A stretch of 63,360 nucleotides of DNA, the filler included, from Folioceros fuciformis (taxonomy: Eukaryota), in NCBI GenBank assembly GCA_049999805.1. It is 14 parts of 14 records of this genome, joined end to end, with 100 filler letters (N's around TTAATTAATTAA, not from the genome) between each part and the next. Parts side by side here need not be neighbours in the genome. Positions count along the whole stretch, not along the records: positions 1 to 6,314 come from JBNGIO010003563.1; positions 6,415 to 10,113 come from JBNGIO010003564.1; positions 10,214 to 12,839 come from JBNGIO010003565.1; 11 more parts are not named here. One strand, 5' to 3'. This document shows positions 1-11,025 of this stretch, in pieces. Position 1 is the stretch's first letter. The number at the start of each line of letters is the position of its first letter. Under the pieces are notes generated by a model. That model had not been told where the DNA came from and ran no database searches. It saw only the letters and a program-made list of their open reading frames with translations. A program made the position numbers and the translations under genes.

Positions 1-457
1 CTGCAATCACGGCACCAAAAACGTTGGAGATGCCACACGTGGAAAGAAATTACGGAACGAAAAAGTCGACAATTTTGATGCAAAGAAGCCTGCCGCCAAC
101 GCCTGCATCGATGGGCAGCTGGTGGTACCATACCGGAACACACAGCTGACAGGAATGCTGATGCATCTGCCCAGACCGTGCCATCCCCCGCAGGGATGGA
201 GGTTGCTCCTGCTTGATCCATAGCAGAATGCAAGCTTGGAATAGCTAGAGTAGCCAACATCGAAGGCGGAGCATCCTTTTATTCCGGTGGATAAATTAGA
301 GCCCACAGACCGGAACAGAATTGATTACGTATTAGGGCTATGTATGTCCCCTTCGTCTTTTGCCTGGCCCGATAGGTATTCCAGAGGGAGAGTGTTTGGG
401 CTTGCGAGTTAACGACCGAAGCCTCGGGCCGTCATCGGGCGCCACGGAGCGGGACCG

Positions 458-1701
458 ATGGACCAGGTGCGGGCAAATTTTGCTTGCTCTACTGTTGAGT
501 AGCTGGAATTGGTGCTGAAGACTGGCATAGCTCCGCTACTGCCAACGCGGAGCAATCTGGTGAGGTGTTCCTTAGCTCGATCTGGCGGTTGCAGGTATCG
601 GCTCCGTTGATCAAAAACATACTCCTCCTGGACGCTGAAGGAAAGCGCGTGGCCGTCAAGTACTTTGCCGATGATTGGCCAAGTCTTGCTGCCAAGTTGG
701 CGTTCGAGAAATCAGTCTTCACCAAGACTCAGCGCATTAGCGCTCGCAATGAAGGTGTGTGCGTCACACGTTCGGGATGATTCGGGAAAGGTTTTGATGG
801 TGCTGCATAGATCTTACAGCGCAATGTACTGGTCCGCAAAGTCTGGCTGATTTGCTGCTGCTGCCGTGCTGACGGGAAGTCCATTTGTGGTGCAGCTGAG
901 ATCGGCATGTTCGATGGCTACATCGTAGTATACAAGTTTGTTGCGGATCTGCATTTCTACGTGAGTGGTGGGGATGACGAAAACGAGCTCATTCTCGCTA
1001 CAGTTTTGCAAGGTTTCTTCGACGCAGTTGCGATTCTTCTTAGGTTTGTATCCTCTGAAGCCGCTACATCGATGGTCAACCGTGCCACTGGCATTGCGCC
1101 GTTTGCTTAAGGCCGCTTGCTTTCTCCTTCAGGCACAACGTCGAGAAGAAGTCAGTGCTGGAAAATCTTGATCTAGTTCTCCTCTGCCTGGACGAGATTG
1201 TTGACGGAGGGTGAGTGCTGGAAGACCTCGGACGCATCCTTACGTCTTGCAAGTCCTTAGGGCAGAGTCAGGTTGTGTCATAGAGTCATAGAGGGATCGG
1301 GGCACCTTTTGTACATCAAGTCTGGATGTCGCAGGAGTCTAGGGCAAGATCGTAGAGTTGAATTGTGGTGGAGGAGGTTTCAGCTTCCTTCCTGCTACAC
1401 TTAGTTTGTCGGATTGAGGCTGACTTGCTTGTCCATACGTTTTTTGTCCGGCAGAATGATTTTGGAGTTTGATGCAAATGTTATCGCCGGAAGGGTGGCG
1501 ATGCGTGGGGCTGATGCAGATGTACCTCTTTCGGAGCAGGTATTCTCAGAATCAATAATGGATTCAATCATCAGGCTGTGGTGATTATCACATGCCTTGC
1601 TTTAGGATTGGTGATTCTCACTCCACCGTCCTGGTTTGCAGACGTTATCGCAGGCCCTAGCATCCGCCAAAGAGCATTTGGCACGATCTCTATTGAAATG
1701 A
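458..1701 (+). CDS. COPZ: Coatomer subunit zeta (COPI zeta-COP), 6 exons
   Basis: Exons 458-466, 595-754, 896-1043, 1133-1210, 1455-1539 and 1642-1701, all with GT-AG introns, join in frame: [31 protein letters not shown]...[26 protein letters not shown]...[25 protein letters not shown]...[14 protein letters not shown]. This matches plant zeta-COP. Confidence 0.95.
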
Positions 1702-2078
1702 TTTATGTCGTTATACCAGCATGGTATGGAAGTAAAGGGAAGGGATTTCCTTCCAGTCCATGTGGAGTGCCTGGTCGTCTGAGATGACCTGTCTGATGCG
1801 GGCCAGTCCATGCGTTCTTCTCGCTGGGGAACCTGCAACGGCAGCTTCCTATCGGCGGCGCGAAGGAAATGATTGACAAACAAATGTCAGCATAATTTCA
1901 CAATTGTTTGTCGGAGTCGTCAGTTAACTGTGTCTCGTATGGGGGCTGATTCGCAGCTTCAAGAAGTGAACGTCGCTTTGTTAGCTGTCACACTTGACAC
2001 ATCGTTCACTGAAACAGTATCATAAACTTATATTTTTCGGATTCAAGGTTTGAATGAACGACTTTGCACAGGCCTGTG

Positions 2079-5000
2079 CTACAGTTTAGATCGAGCTGTG
2101 TGGATAAACTGCACTCTCAACAGCCGGCGCAATATCTTGCCTGTCGAAGTGCGAGGGAAATCGGAAACGACAACCACATCACTGACCTGCAAGTGAAGAG
2201 TCAGTCAACAGAAGTATAAACCTAGAGACATGTACTACCAATTGACCATACAGTCTACATCGACTGTACTGTGAAACCGGACATCACCTTGAATAAGGGA
2301 TTCAATTCCTTATGAATCGCCGTGGAGAGAGCCTGTTTCAGCACATTTACTTCGAGCTCTGATCCAGGTTTCAGGACAACTACCAGTAGCAGCTGGTCTG
2401 GACCACCACCAGTAGGTGGAAGAGCGATGGCTGCTGTTTCCACCACTCTTTCATGGGATTTGTTGCAAACTCTCTCGATTTCCACAGAGCTTGTCTGGAT
2501 GATGGACACACAGATCAGCTGTTGAAACCAACAAGTTGCAGAGGATGGCTAGGTAAGAACGAGGCAAAACCTTGATGCCCCCGAGATTCATGGTGTCATC
2601 GGCACGACCGTGTGCCTTGTAGTATCCTCCATGAAGCCTTTCTATGACGTCCCCATGCCTTCTCAGTCTCTGTTAGCAGCATAACGTAACGAGCATGATC
2701 AAGAAAGTAGAGGAAGCGAGCAATGCGCGAGGTAAATAACATCCCATACCTGCCCCTGGAAGGAAGGTAATCCTTTGTAATACACGGCGTCATGATCTCC
2801 ATTTAATATGACGGTAGACTCTCCCATGAAAGGGAGCAAAGCTATTTCTCCAATGCAGGGTTCGTTGTTAGGCTGCACATCAACCAGAACACTGCCGATC
2901 AGACTTAGAGCCCCATGAACCACATCGCGCCTTGAAGGCTGGCCACTGGCTTGAGGGCTTACATAAGGAACACCTTGCTCGTTCAAAATGACAAAAGAAC
3001 GACCAAGGGACGCAGTACTGAAAAGTGACAGTCCTTGAGGCTGTAGCAAACTCCCATGGACGAATGAACATCCCATCTCAGTACCTCCACAGATTTCCAG
3101 CAGTGGAGGGTAGTAACTGCGTCCACATAGCCACAACGAATCATCTGGGGTGGATGCCTCCGCTGTTGTGAACATGTTTCTGCGATAATTATTGAGGGAT
3201 GAGTTTCTTACTTACACGCTCAGCAAAAACTTGAAGATATTTTTTATCTCCTATGTGTTTTGGAATCCGAAAAAATATGACTCCTCACATGGTACGAGAG
3301 TTAGTCTACCTGATGTTAGACCAGTCAAGGCCCTCCATGCAGCCCGTCTTCTTCCACGTCTTTAGCATACTGGGCACCACACCCAACACTGTTGCTCTAG
3401 AGTCCTGCACAACAGTACTGCTCAACCATGAAGCACAGCATTGTTGGCTCAAACATGTTTGACAACAGTTGCGAGTGGGTCGCAATCTTGCACCTGCACA
3501 AATTTGCCGTATGATCGCTCCAGTGGTGAACCGTAGTATATGGCCATTGTTGCTCCACGCAAGAAGCATGCATAGATGAGAAAAGGCCCAACCATCCACC
3601 CTAAACTGGTAGGCATACTGAAAACATCCTCAGATTTGACATCCTGATGTGCCCATCCATCAGCTGCTGTTACTAATGGCGTTGTATGTGTCCATGGGAT
3701 GGCTTTCGGATCACCTGAGAGAGTCGACACCAAACAATAAGCATCAGAAAGAAGAGCCAGCTGGATACCTTCTTACATGCTAATCCAGACGCAAGAAGTC
3801 GAAACATACCGGTAGTACCAGAAGAGAACAAAATGTTGCTGAAAGTCTGGGAAGGCAACTGAACCGCCGGATAATCAGGGTGCCTGCAAGTACACGAGAA
3901 GCTCATGGTAAAGTCCGGTTGTGTGCGTTCATTCCTGTAAGCTGGCACTTTGAGGTTTGAATGGGCCACCTGTCAGTGCCTGTAGTGGAATCGGAAAGAA
4001 ACTCCTCCCATGATAGGTCCCCTTCCTTCAGCACAACATTCAGGGTTTGACCATCTGCCGGAATGACAATCGCGAAGACGCCAGATTCTGCAACTCGGCT
4101 GAGTAATCAAAAGTCTTCAGTTATTGCGCAGAATAGTAGCTGGAGCACAGAAAACTCACCTGGCAGACCCTGTACTCTCTCTCTTACCTGTAGAGGGGTA
4201 GCAATTTGCCACCTCTCGGTATTGCATCCTGTTTCCAAGCGAGGACTTCAGATTGAAGCCACAGAAAGACTTGCAAGCCGACATCCAAAAATAGTAAATT
4301 TCCCGAAACGTGAACCTGAGTAAAGATACCCTTGACATCGGCGATCCGCACTCTCCTGGCGATCTCTTGTGCAGCGAAACTATCTGCAATCGAAACCACG
4401 ACGCAACCCGCCAGAACTATGGCGAGGTAGACACTGACGGCATCATAGGTCATGGGCATGATTATGCCCACTCGATCCCCGGTGCGAAATCCAGCAGCTC
4501 CAAGCGCATACGCCACCCGGCTACAACAACACCACGCCACAAGGCGTCCACACAAGTCACACCACAATTCCAACTCGCGAAGTTCCGATTTCCAAATTCC
4601 TAGCGCGTTAGCTGGCCTCAAAGTTCTGATTCCCTTACTGCACGTTTCTCCGTAGCTCGCCATAGCTGACGCTCTTCACAGGCAGGTCATCCTGTCCTTC
4701 CACCCGCCAGACAATCGCCGAGTTGCTATCCCGCTTCCCGATCTCCGGCTTCTCTAAAAGGCAACAGTTTGCTGCATTGATGAGTGCTCCAGGAAGCCAT
4801 TGGTCCCCCGGAAGGCTCGTGTCCAAAATCCTCTTCGGCGGCCGGTGGAAAGAAATACTCATCTCCCCGAACACCAAAGGCCAATACACCTACACACAGC
4901 ATTCACGCCCATTGTAACTCNNNNNNNNNNNNNNNNNNNNNNNNNNNNNNNNNNNNNNNNNNNNNNNNNNNNNNNNNNNNNNNNNNNNNNNNNNNNNNNN

Positions 5001-5351
5001 NNNNNNNNNNNNNNNNNNNNCACCAACACCAACCAGAGGGCGTGCGTGAGATTAGCGGTATTACTCTGTGGGAAACCACACCATCGGAGGCCCCAACCTG
5101 GAGACATCCCAATCCGCGTAGGTGGAGTAGTACATCAACTGGTGCACCGGGTGAGGATGCCGCGGCAGCAGCAGCTCCCGCGAAATCCTCCTCCAAGCGT
5201 CGGCCGCGGAGTCGCCGCATCCTTCCAGCACCGAACGAAGCCTGCTCCAGAACTCCCCCGCTTGCGATGCAGTCAAACCGGCTGCCTGCAAATCCTCCAC
5301 GTTCACTTCATGCACGCTCTTCCATCCTTCTTGCCTAAAATTGGGCGCCAT
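2079..5351 (-). CDS. AAE17/AAE18: Peroxisomal acyl-activating enzyme, AAE17/AAE18 (CCL12) clade, multi-exon; spans a 100-N gap at 4921-5020
   Basis: ATG at 5351 ([16 protein letters not shown]...[18 protein letters not shown]...PPMVWFPT). Downstream motifs: [39 protein letters not shown]-binding [44 protein letters not shown]. The last exon reads [29 protein letters not shown] (stop 2079-2081), ending in the PTS1 SKL. Confidence 0.92.
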
Positions 5352-5448
5352 GATCCCCGAGTCCACGCCGGAGCACAGTGTGTCCAGGTGCAAGGCTAGC
5401 TTGCCCTCCGTCTTCCGTGGCACGCGCTGTCAAAGTGCCAGTACACAG

Positions 5449-5620
5449 ACCACGAATCACGAATCACCATTCCACGAATCACGAGTCACCATTCCACGAA
5501 TCACGAGTCACCATTCCACTAATCACGAGTCACCATTCCACGAGTCTAATCACGAGTGACCATTCCGCGAGTCTAATCACGAGTCACAATTCCACGAGTC
5601 ACCATTCCACGATTCACGAT
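5449..5620. repeat. Degenerate ~22-bp minisatellite (ACCATTCCACGAATCACGAGTC) just upstream of the AAE start
   Basis: Repeated units visible directly; they produce the repetitive spurious ORFs (TNHESPFHES). Confidence 0.85.
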
Positions 5621-6314
5621 TTCCTATCCAATAACTCTCTATGGACCATTCGAGTTAGAACTCCTCCGCTGATTAATCAGGGTGTAGCTGGGTTGTCTCG
5701 TTCGGGACGCCCACATGGCTGCCAACTACCCATGTGGGGAGGTTTGTGACTTCTAGACATGACATTTGGACCGTATACGGAGGGGCAAAAACCCCTTGAC
5801 CATACCGATATTCTATATATCTTCACGAATTGGAAGAAAAGTTTATAATATAAATCTTCTCAAAAAAAATGTCATTCAGTTTTCAACAACAACAACTTCT
5901 TTATTTATATCCTCTAAGATGGAAGAACCACCGTGGGACAGAGATAGTACAGCGTAAAAGAAATTTAAAACCGAGTACATTTACGTACGTCTGGAAACCG
6001 AGGACATTTAAGTACGTCTGAACTAGATAAAGCAGTACCTTTCACTACGCACAGAAGTAGAGACAGTTCGTGGGTGAAGGGAGGATGCTGAGAAGTGAGT
6101 TGACGGAGTAATCGCTCCTCCTGCCCGCCTACCGATGCATCTACCCGGCTCCACTTCACGATCCGTAGGCTGGCAGGAGAGTGACCTGACAGGCCTGGGA
6201 CTCCACATGTCCCACTGCTGATTGCAGTCTGCAAGGAAGTGCGTTTGTGGCGTCATTGGTGGACTACAATCCAGCACACGATCGAGAATCGACGCCGGTG
6301 GGAGGGGACGGGAC

Positions 6315-6414
6315 NNNNNNNNNNNNNNNNNNNNNNNNNNNNNNNNNNNNNNNNNNNNTTAATTAATTAANNNNNNNNNNNNNNNNNNNNNNNNNNNNNN
6401 NNNNNNNNNNNNNN
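6315..6414. other. Artificial scaffold-joining linker (N44-TTAATTAATTAA-N44), first of 13 identical linkers
   Basis: An identical 100-nt block with a six-frame stop recurs 13 times; coordinates are in the summary. Confidence 0.98.
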
Positions 6415-6829
6415 GTATTTATTGCAGGTGAACATGAGATTCCTTAAAGAATAAATGACATCCTAAAAAATTATGAAAAAAAATTATTTAATACTAATGC
6501 GAAGACAAAGTTGGGTTTTAGACTCCATGACTTGTGTGTGTACTTGTGGAAGGCAAGTCGTTGAATGGCAGAAGGTAAATAGGAAAGTCTTTGGGTGAGA
6601 GTGAAGGCAAATCAGGAAGTCCTTGCGTACCAGAAGGCATGTAGGAAAGTCTGTCCTTGGATTGGAGAAGGCAGATGACAGCGTCATGCAAAGAGTCTGT
6701 CCAGGTCTTTCTCCGCCACAGGGCAAGATGGGCAGACGTGCCTGACTCTTTTGTGCTTGTCAGGCTGCAACGGCTGATGTTTCTACCCTGGATACATGAG
6801 CGGTTGCAATGTGACAAAATACCGACAAG

Positions 6830-9271
6830 TCATAGGATGATGGTCCTTTTCTCTACTCTGGATACGCACGCCATGGTGGTGTGAGAATGGCGTAGGTGAT
6901 CTCCGTGTTTGTAATTAGATATGTGGAATTCGAGATGTGATATACTCAGGGACGTGGGAAACACCTGTTTCAGCCTTGCTGGTCTCTGGAGGTCGGCCTT
7001 GTCTCTGACCAAAAAACTGTGCACGAGCCCCTCCATGTCTGTCCACCAGCTCTGCCCTGGATGCTTCCAGGCCTGGAGTCCGATTCTCCTGGCCTGCATC
7101 TCACGTGCCTGCTCCCACATCTCGGCACCGGTGTACACGTTGGACATCAATACGTATGCTGCGGCATCCTTCCTGTTTAGCTTCAATGCTGCATCAAAAG
7201 CACGGCGACCCACCTCCACATCGCCCCACTTCCTACAAGCACCCAACAGAGTGTGCCAAACTGCGGCATTGGGAGGTATGGCCATTGTCCTCACCACAGC
7301 CATTGCCTCCTCGAGTTGGCCTGCACGGCCCAGGAGATCCACCATGCAGGTGTAGTGCTCCACCGTGGGGGCGATGCCGTAGTCTCTGCTCATTGCCTCG
7401 AAGTACTCTCTCCCCTTGGCCACCAGACCAGCATGACTGCACACTGTGAGAACGCTGAGAAATGTGATCCCGTCTGGCACTACACCATGCTGTTTCATTT
7501 TCTGGAATAAGCTGAAGACCATATCACTTTCTCCTTGGCAAGTGCAGCCTCCGATGAGCGCATTCCAGGCCACAATGCCTCTTTGGGGTAACGCATCGAA
7601 CACATGCCTTGCATTGACCATGCTCCCCGACTTCCCATACATGTGTATCAAGCTGCCGGCTACGAACACATCAGCCAGAAGCCCCTGCTCTTCAATCTCC
7701 GCATGCAGCTGCCTTCCGAGATGCAGGTCTGCCACATTCGCACATGCCTGCAAGAGGCATAAGTATGTCATGGAGTTGGGTACAGTGATACCCTCCTCTC
7801 GCATGGCACTGTACAGCCGGAGTGCCTCCTGGCCCATCCCCTGCTGAGCATACCCTGCAATCAGGGCAGTCCATGTGACCACATTCTTCTCCTCAAGTCC
7901 ATCAAACACTCTCCTCGCATTCTCCAAGCTCCCACATTTGGCATACATGTTCACCAGACTGCTAGCCACAAACACATCAACCTGACGCCCCCGTCCTCTG
8001 ATCTGCGCATGAAGCTGCCTTCCTGTCTCCAAAGCCGAGACGCCGACACTCGCACACGCCTGCAGGAGGCACACAAACGTCACCGAATTCGGCACCGCGA
8101 TACCTTCCTCCTGCATAGCACTGTACACAACAAGGGCCTCCTTCCCCATGCCCTGCTGCGAGTACCCCGCTATCATGGCCGTCCACACCACCACATCCTT
8201 CCTACCAAGCCCATCAAACACGCCTTGAGCGTCCTCCAAACTCCCACACTTGGCATACATGTTCACCAAACTGCTCCCTACATACACATCCCCTTCATGC
8301 CCCAGCTCCCGTATCTCCCCATGCAACTGCCTCCCCTTCCCCAGAGCCGAGCTCCCCACACTCGCACAAGCCTGTAACAGGCACACAAACGTCACACAAT
8401 CCGGAACAGCCACTCCATGCTGCTGCATCTCCCCATACAGAACCAATGCCCTCTCCCCCATCCCCTGCTGCGCATACCCAGCCATCAGCGCATTCCAAGT
8501 CACCACATCCTTGTGCCCCAGCTTACTGAACACCCTCTCCGCATCCTCCAAACTCCCACACTTCGCATACATATCCACCAGGCAGTTGCCTACAAACAAA
8601 TCATGCTCCTTCCCACTGGCCAACACATCCGCATGCACCTCCTGCCCGCTCCTCAAGTCCCCTGCCTTTGCACAAGCCTGAATAGCAGCCACGAACACAT
8701 GCCCATCCGGCTCCAACCCCGACCTCCTCATCCGATTATACAGCTCCACAGCCTCCATGTCCCGCCCATGCTTCACATGGGCGGAGATTATGGACGACCA
8801 CATGAACGCATCCGGCTCCTCCACCACCTCAAACACATCCATCGCGTCCTGTAACCTCCCATGAGCCGCATACATCCGCAGAATGTGATTGCACAGGAAC
8901 GTGTCCGATTGGTACCCCTTCTTCACCGCGATAGCATGCACCTTCCGACCCAGAGCCAGATCCCTCTTCCCCACACATTTCTTCAACACGGCGTAAAACA
9001 CAGCCTTCGAAACCCCGCGCCCTCCATCCACCAGAACTCCCAGAGCATCCACGGCCTCGCTCAGAAGGCCCGCCTCGCACAACCTCCCCACGCTCTCTGC
9101 TGTCACGCTCCATTTCAGCTCGCGTGCGTTCACAAAAGCTCCCCTTCGTGACACGGTGCGAACTGTCGCGATTCTGGGACCCTGTCTGGAAGCCGCACAC
9201 GCGAGGCTGCCTGCTAGACCCGTCCAGGAGGCGTCTCCGCGAGACGCAATTCCCGACCGCAAGGCGGACAT
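6830..9271 (-). CDS. Intronless PLS-class pentatricopeptide repeat protein with E1/E2 and a WW-type PG box; DYW deaminase decayed
   Basis: Likely ATG at 9271 (MSALRSGIASRG..., transit-peptide-like). About 17 P/L/S repeats end in P2-L2-S2 (GITFLSVLTVCSHAGLV; VEHYTCMVDLLGRAG), followed by E1 (AAVWHTLLGACRKWGD), E2 (AAAYVLMSNVY) and WKHPGQSWWTDMEGLVHSFLVRD. No HSE/CxxC motif or DYW end. Confidence 0.93.
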   Translation of the reverse strand: MSALRSGIASRGDASWTGLAGSLACAASRQGPRIATVRTVSRRGAFVNARELKWSVTAESVGRLCEAGLLSEAVDALGVLVDGGRGVSKAVFYAVLKKCVGKRDLALGRKVHAIAVKKGYQSDTFLCNHILRMYAAHGRLQDAMDVFEVVEEPDAFMWSSIISAHVKHGRDMEAVELYNRMRRSGLEPDGHVFVAAIQACAKAGDLRSGQEVHADVLASGKEHDLFVGNCLVDMYAKCGSLEDAERVFSKLGHKDVVTWNALMAGYAQQGMGERALVLYGEMQQHGVAVPDCVTFVCLLQACASVGSSALGKGRQLHGEIRELGHEGDVYVGSSLVNMYAKCGSLEDAQGVFDGLGRKDVVVWTAMIAGYSQQGMGKEALVVYSAMQEEGIAVPNSVTFVCLLQACASVGVSALETGRQLHAQIRGRGRQVDVFVASSLVNMYAKCGSLENARRVFDGLEEKNVVTWTALIAGYAQQGMGQEALRLYSAMREEGITVPNSMTYLCLLQACANVADLHLGRQLHAEIEEQGLLADVFVAGSLIHMYGKSGSMVNARHVFDALPQRGIVAWNALIGGCTCQGESDMVFSLFQKMKQHGVVPDGITFLSVLTVCSHAGLVAKGREYFEAMSRDYGIAPTVEHYTCMVDLLGRAGQLEEAMAVVRTMAIPPNAAVWHTLLGACRKWGDVEVGRRAFDAALKLNRKDAAAYVLMSNVYTGAEMWEQAREMQARRIGLQAWKHPGQSWWTDMEGLVHSFLVRDKADLQRPARLKQVFPTSLSISHLEFHISNYKHGDHLRHSHTTMACVSRVEKRTIIL

Positions 9272-9429
9272 CGGAGGACGCGGTTGAGGCAGCTCTAATG
9301 CACGGGAGCAATATGGGATAATAATAAACAGCATCTAACCCGGGCCTGAATTCGATCCGGGCATGATCCCGAGCTCCGGAGGTCGGAGATGGCGGCAGGG
9401 ATGAGACCCGGGAGGCGGGGAGGAAGCTG

Positions 9430-10113
9430 ATGCCAAGCGCCGNNNNNNNNNNNNNNNNNNNNNNNNNNNNNNNNNNNNNNNNNNNNNNNNNNNNNNNNNN
9501 NNNNNNNNNNNNNNNNNNNNNNNNNNNNNNNNNNNNNNNNNNCAGGGACGTCCGGCAGGAGGCAGCGGCAGGCGGAATTGCGGCTTCGTTGCCGGGCGGT
9601 GTCGGTGGAGATGGAGGAGGTGGCTGTGGTTTCGCCTGCCGGCCCCAGGCGGAGGAGGGGGCGGAAAAAGGTTGAGGACTTGGCTGTGGTGGAGCAGGGG
9701 GAGGAGCAGGAGAAGGAGAAGGGGGATGTGAAGCCGAGGAAGAGGAGATCGAGGAAGGTGGTGCAGGAAGAGGCGGTGGAATCGGTGAATGTGAGTTCAG
9801 ATTTACCGAGGGGTTCTGTCAAAGAACAGGTCAGTGAGCAGGAGGAGGAGGGTAGGAGGAAGGTGGACATGGAGGCCTCTGATTTTGTGACCAGGTTAGG
9901 AGGGTTGAGGTTGCGCAGCGAGTACAGAGCTGGTGCGGAGAGGGAGGGATCGGAGGGACCAGTATTGGGGAGGGGATCTATTAACCTCATTGAAACCTCA
10001 TCGTCTAGCTGGGTGTTCCAGGCCATAGGAAGGTTGCAAGGGGCTGGTCCTGGTGGAGCGGAGCCAGGGGAGGCAGTGGGAGATGGTAAGAGTGGAGGGG
10101 GGAGGCAGGAGGA
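9430..10113 (+). CDS. 5' part of an unidentified, possibly plastid-targeted protein; interrupted by a gap and the scaffold end
   Basis: Frame is open from the gap (9543) to the scaffold end: GTSGRRQRQAELRLRCRAVSVEMEE... then a K/R- and E-rich low-complexity stretch. RCRA resembles a transit-peptide cleavage site. Candidate ATG at 9430 runs into the gap. No domain recognised. Confidence 0.5.
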
Positions 10114-11025
10114 NNNNNNNNNNNNNNNNNNNNNNNNNNNNNNNNNNNNNNNNNNNNTTAATTAATTAANNNNNNNNNNNNNNNNNNNNNNNNNNNNNNN
10201 NNNNNNNNNNNNNCACCTACTCTGCCCTTCACGGCAATGAATGGAGGTTCATGCACTTCCCCTTCTCCTTCAACAAAATGGCGGAGATCAATGTCAGCAC
10301 CGGCACCCAAGGGGAGATCAGACAATCGTGCTGGAAATTCAACAGCTCCTGAACTCCCGTCACACTTCGGATTCCTCTTCGTCTTGCGCATTGCATTGCA
10401 TTGCACTGCATTGCATACCAGTGTAGAGATGCGGAATTTCTTCCCGACATCACTGTGCTGTGTCATGTCGGGCTTACATAACCACACCATAGGAAATAGG
10501 ACATTTAGGTCCGGTAACAATTTAGGGCTGAGTCCTTGGTTTGGGAATAGCCTCGGCCACGTCCGGGGCTGGCTGACACCCTTGGTTTGGAAACACCCGT
10601 GAAGAACTGGTCGGTGGCCCCTACGAGGCACTGACAGCTTTGGGGAAAGGCCCGGAAGAAAATACTAAAGAAAAAACATCCACCTCTGTCCTTTTTGGTT
10701 TTCCGTACCGACGCACGTTTAGTACAGTAGGCTGCCCTGCCCTAAATTCTCACCTGCTGATGAAATTGAGCCTGAAAACAGAAAAAACCAAAAAAAAAAG
10801 TGTTTGTACTATGGAACGACCAGCACGGTTCAGGAATCTCGGGCAGGTTGGCGCAATAATGTGGAAGGCAAGGTGGCGATCGCCTGATTTCCGCTGGAAG
10901 TCGGAGGTGAGGGAATTCCAAGGGTAGTAGCGGCTGACGCAAGATTGGAAAGGCTGCAAGCCTCAGCACAATACGAGGCAAGGGCACAGACTGGGTGGAG
11001 GAATGTTTGCCTTGTTCTCGGGCTG

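Noticed and set aside
1..306. Short ORFs upstream of COPZ
   Set aside because: No recognisable product in any frame.
6023..6314. Minus-strand frame open from the scaffold end
   Set aside because: Could be a last exon, but it is low-complexity with no recognisable homology.
10214..10631. 157-aa minus-strand ORF running into the linker
   Set aside because: May be the 5' end of a gene divergent from R3HCC1L-like, but it has no identifiable motif and includes TGCAA microsatellite-derived sequence.
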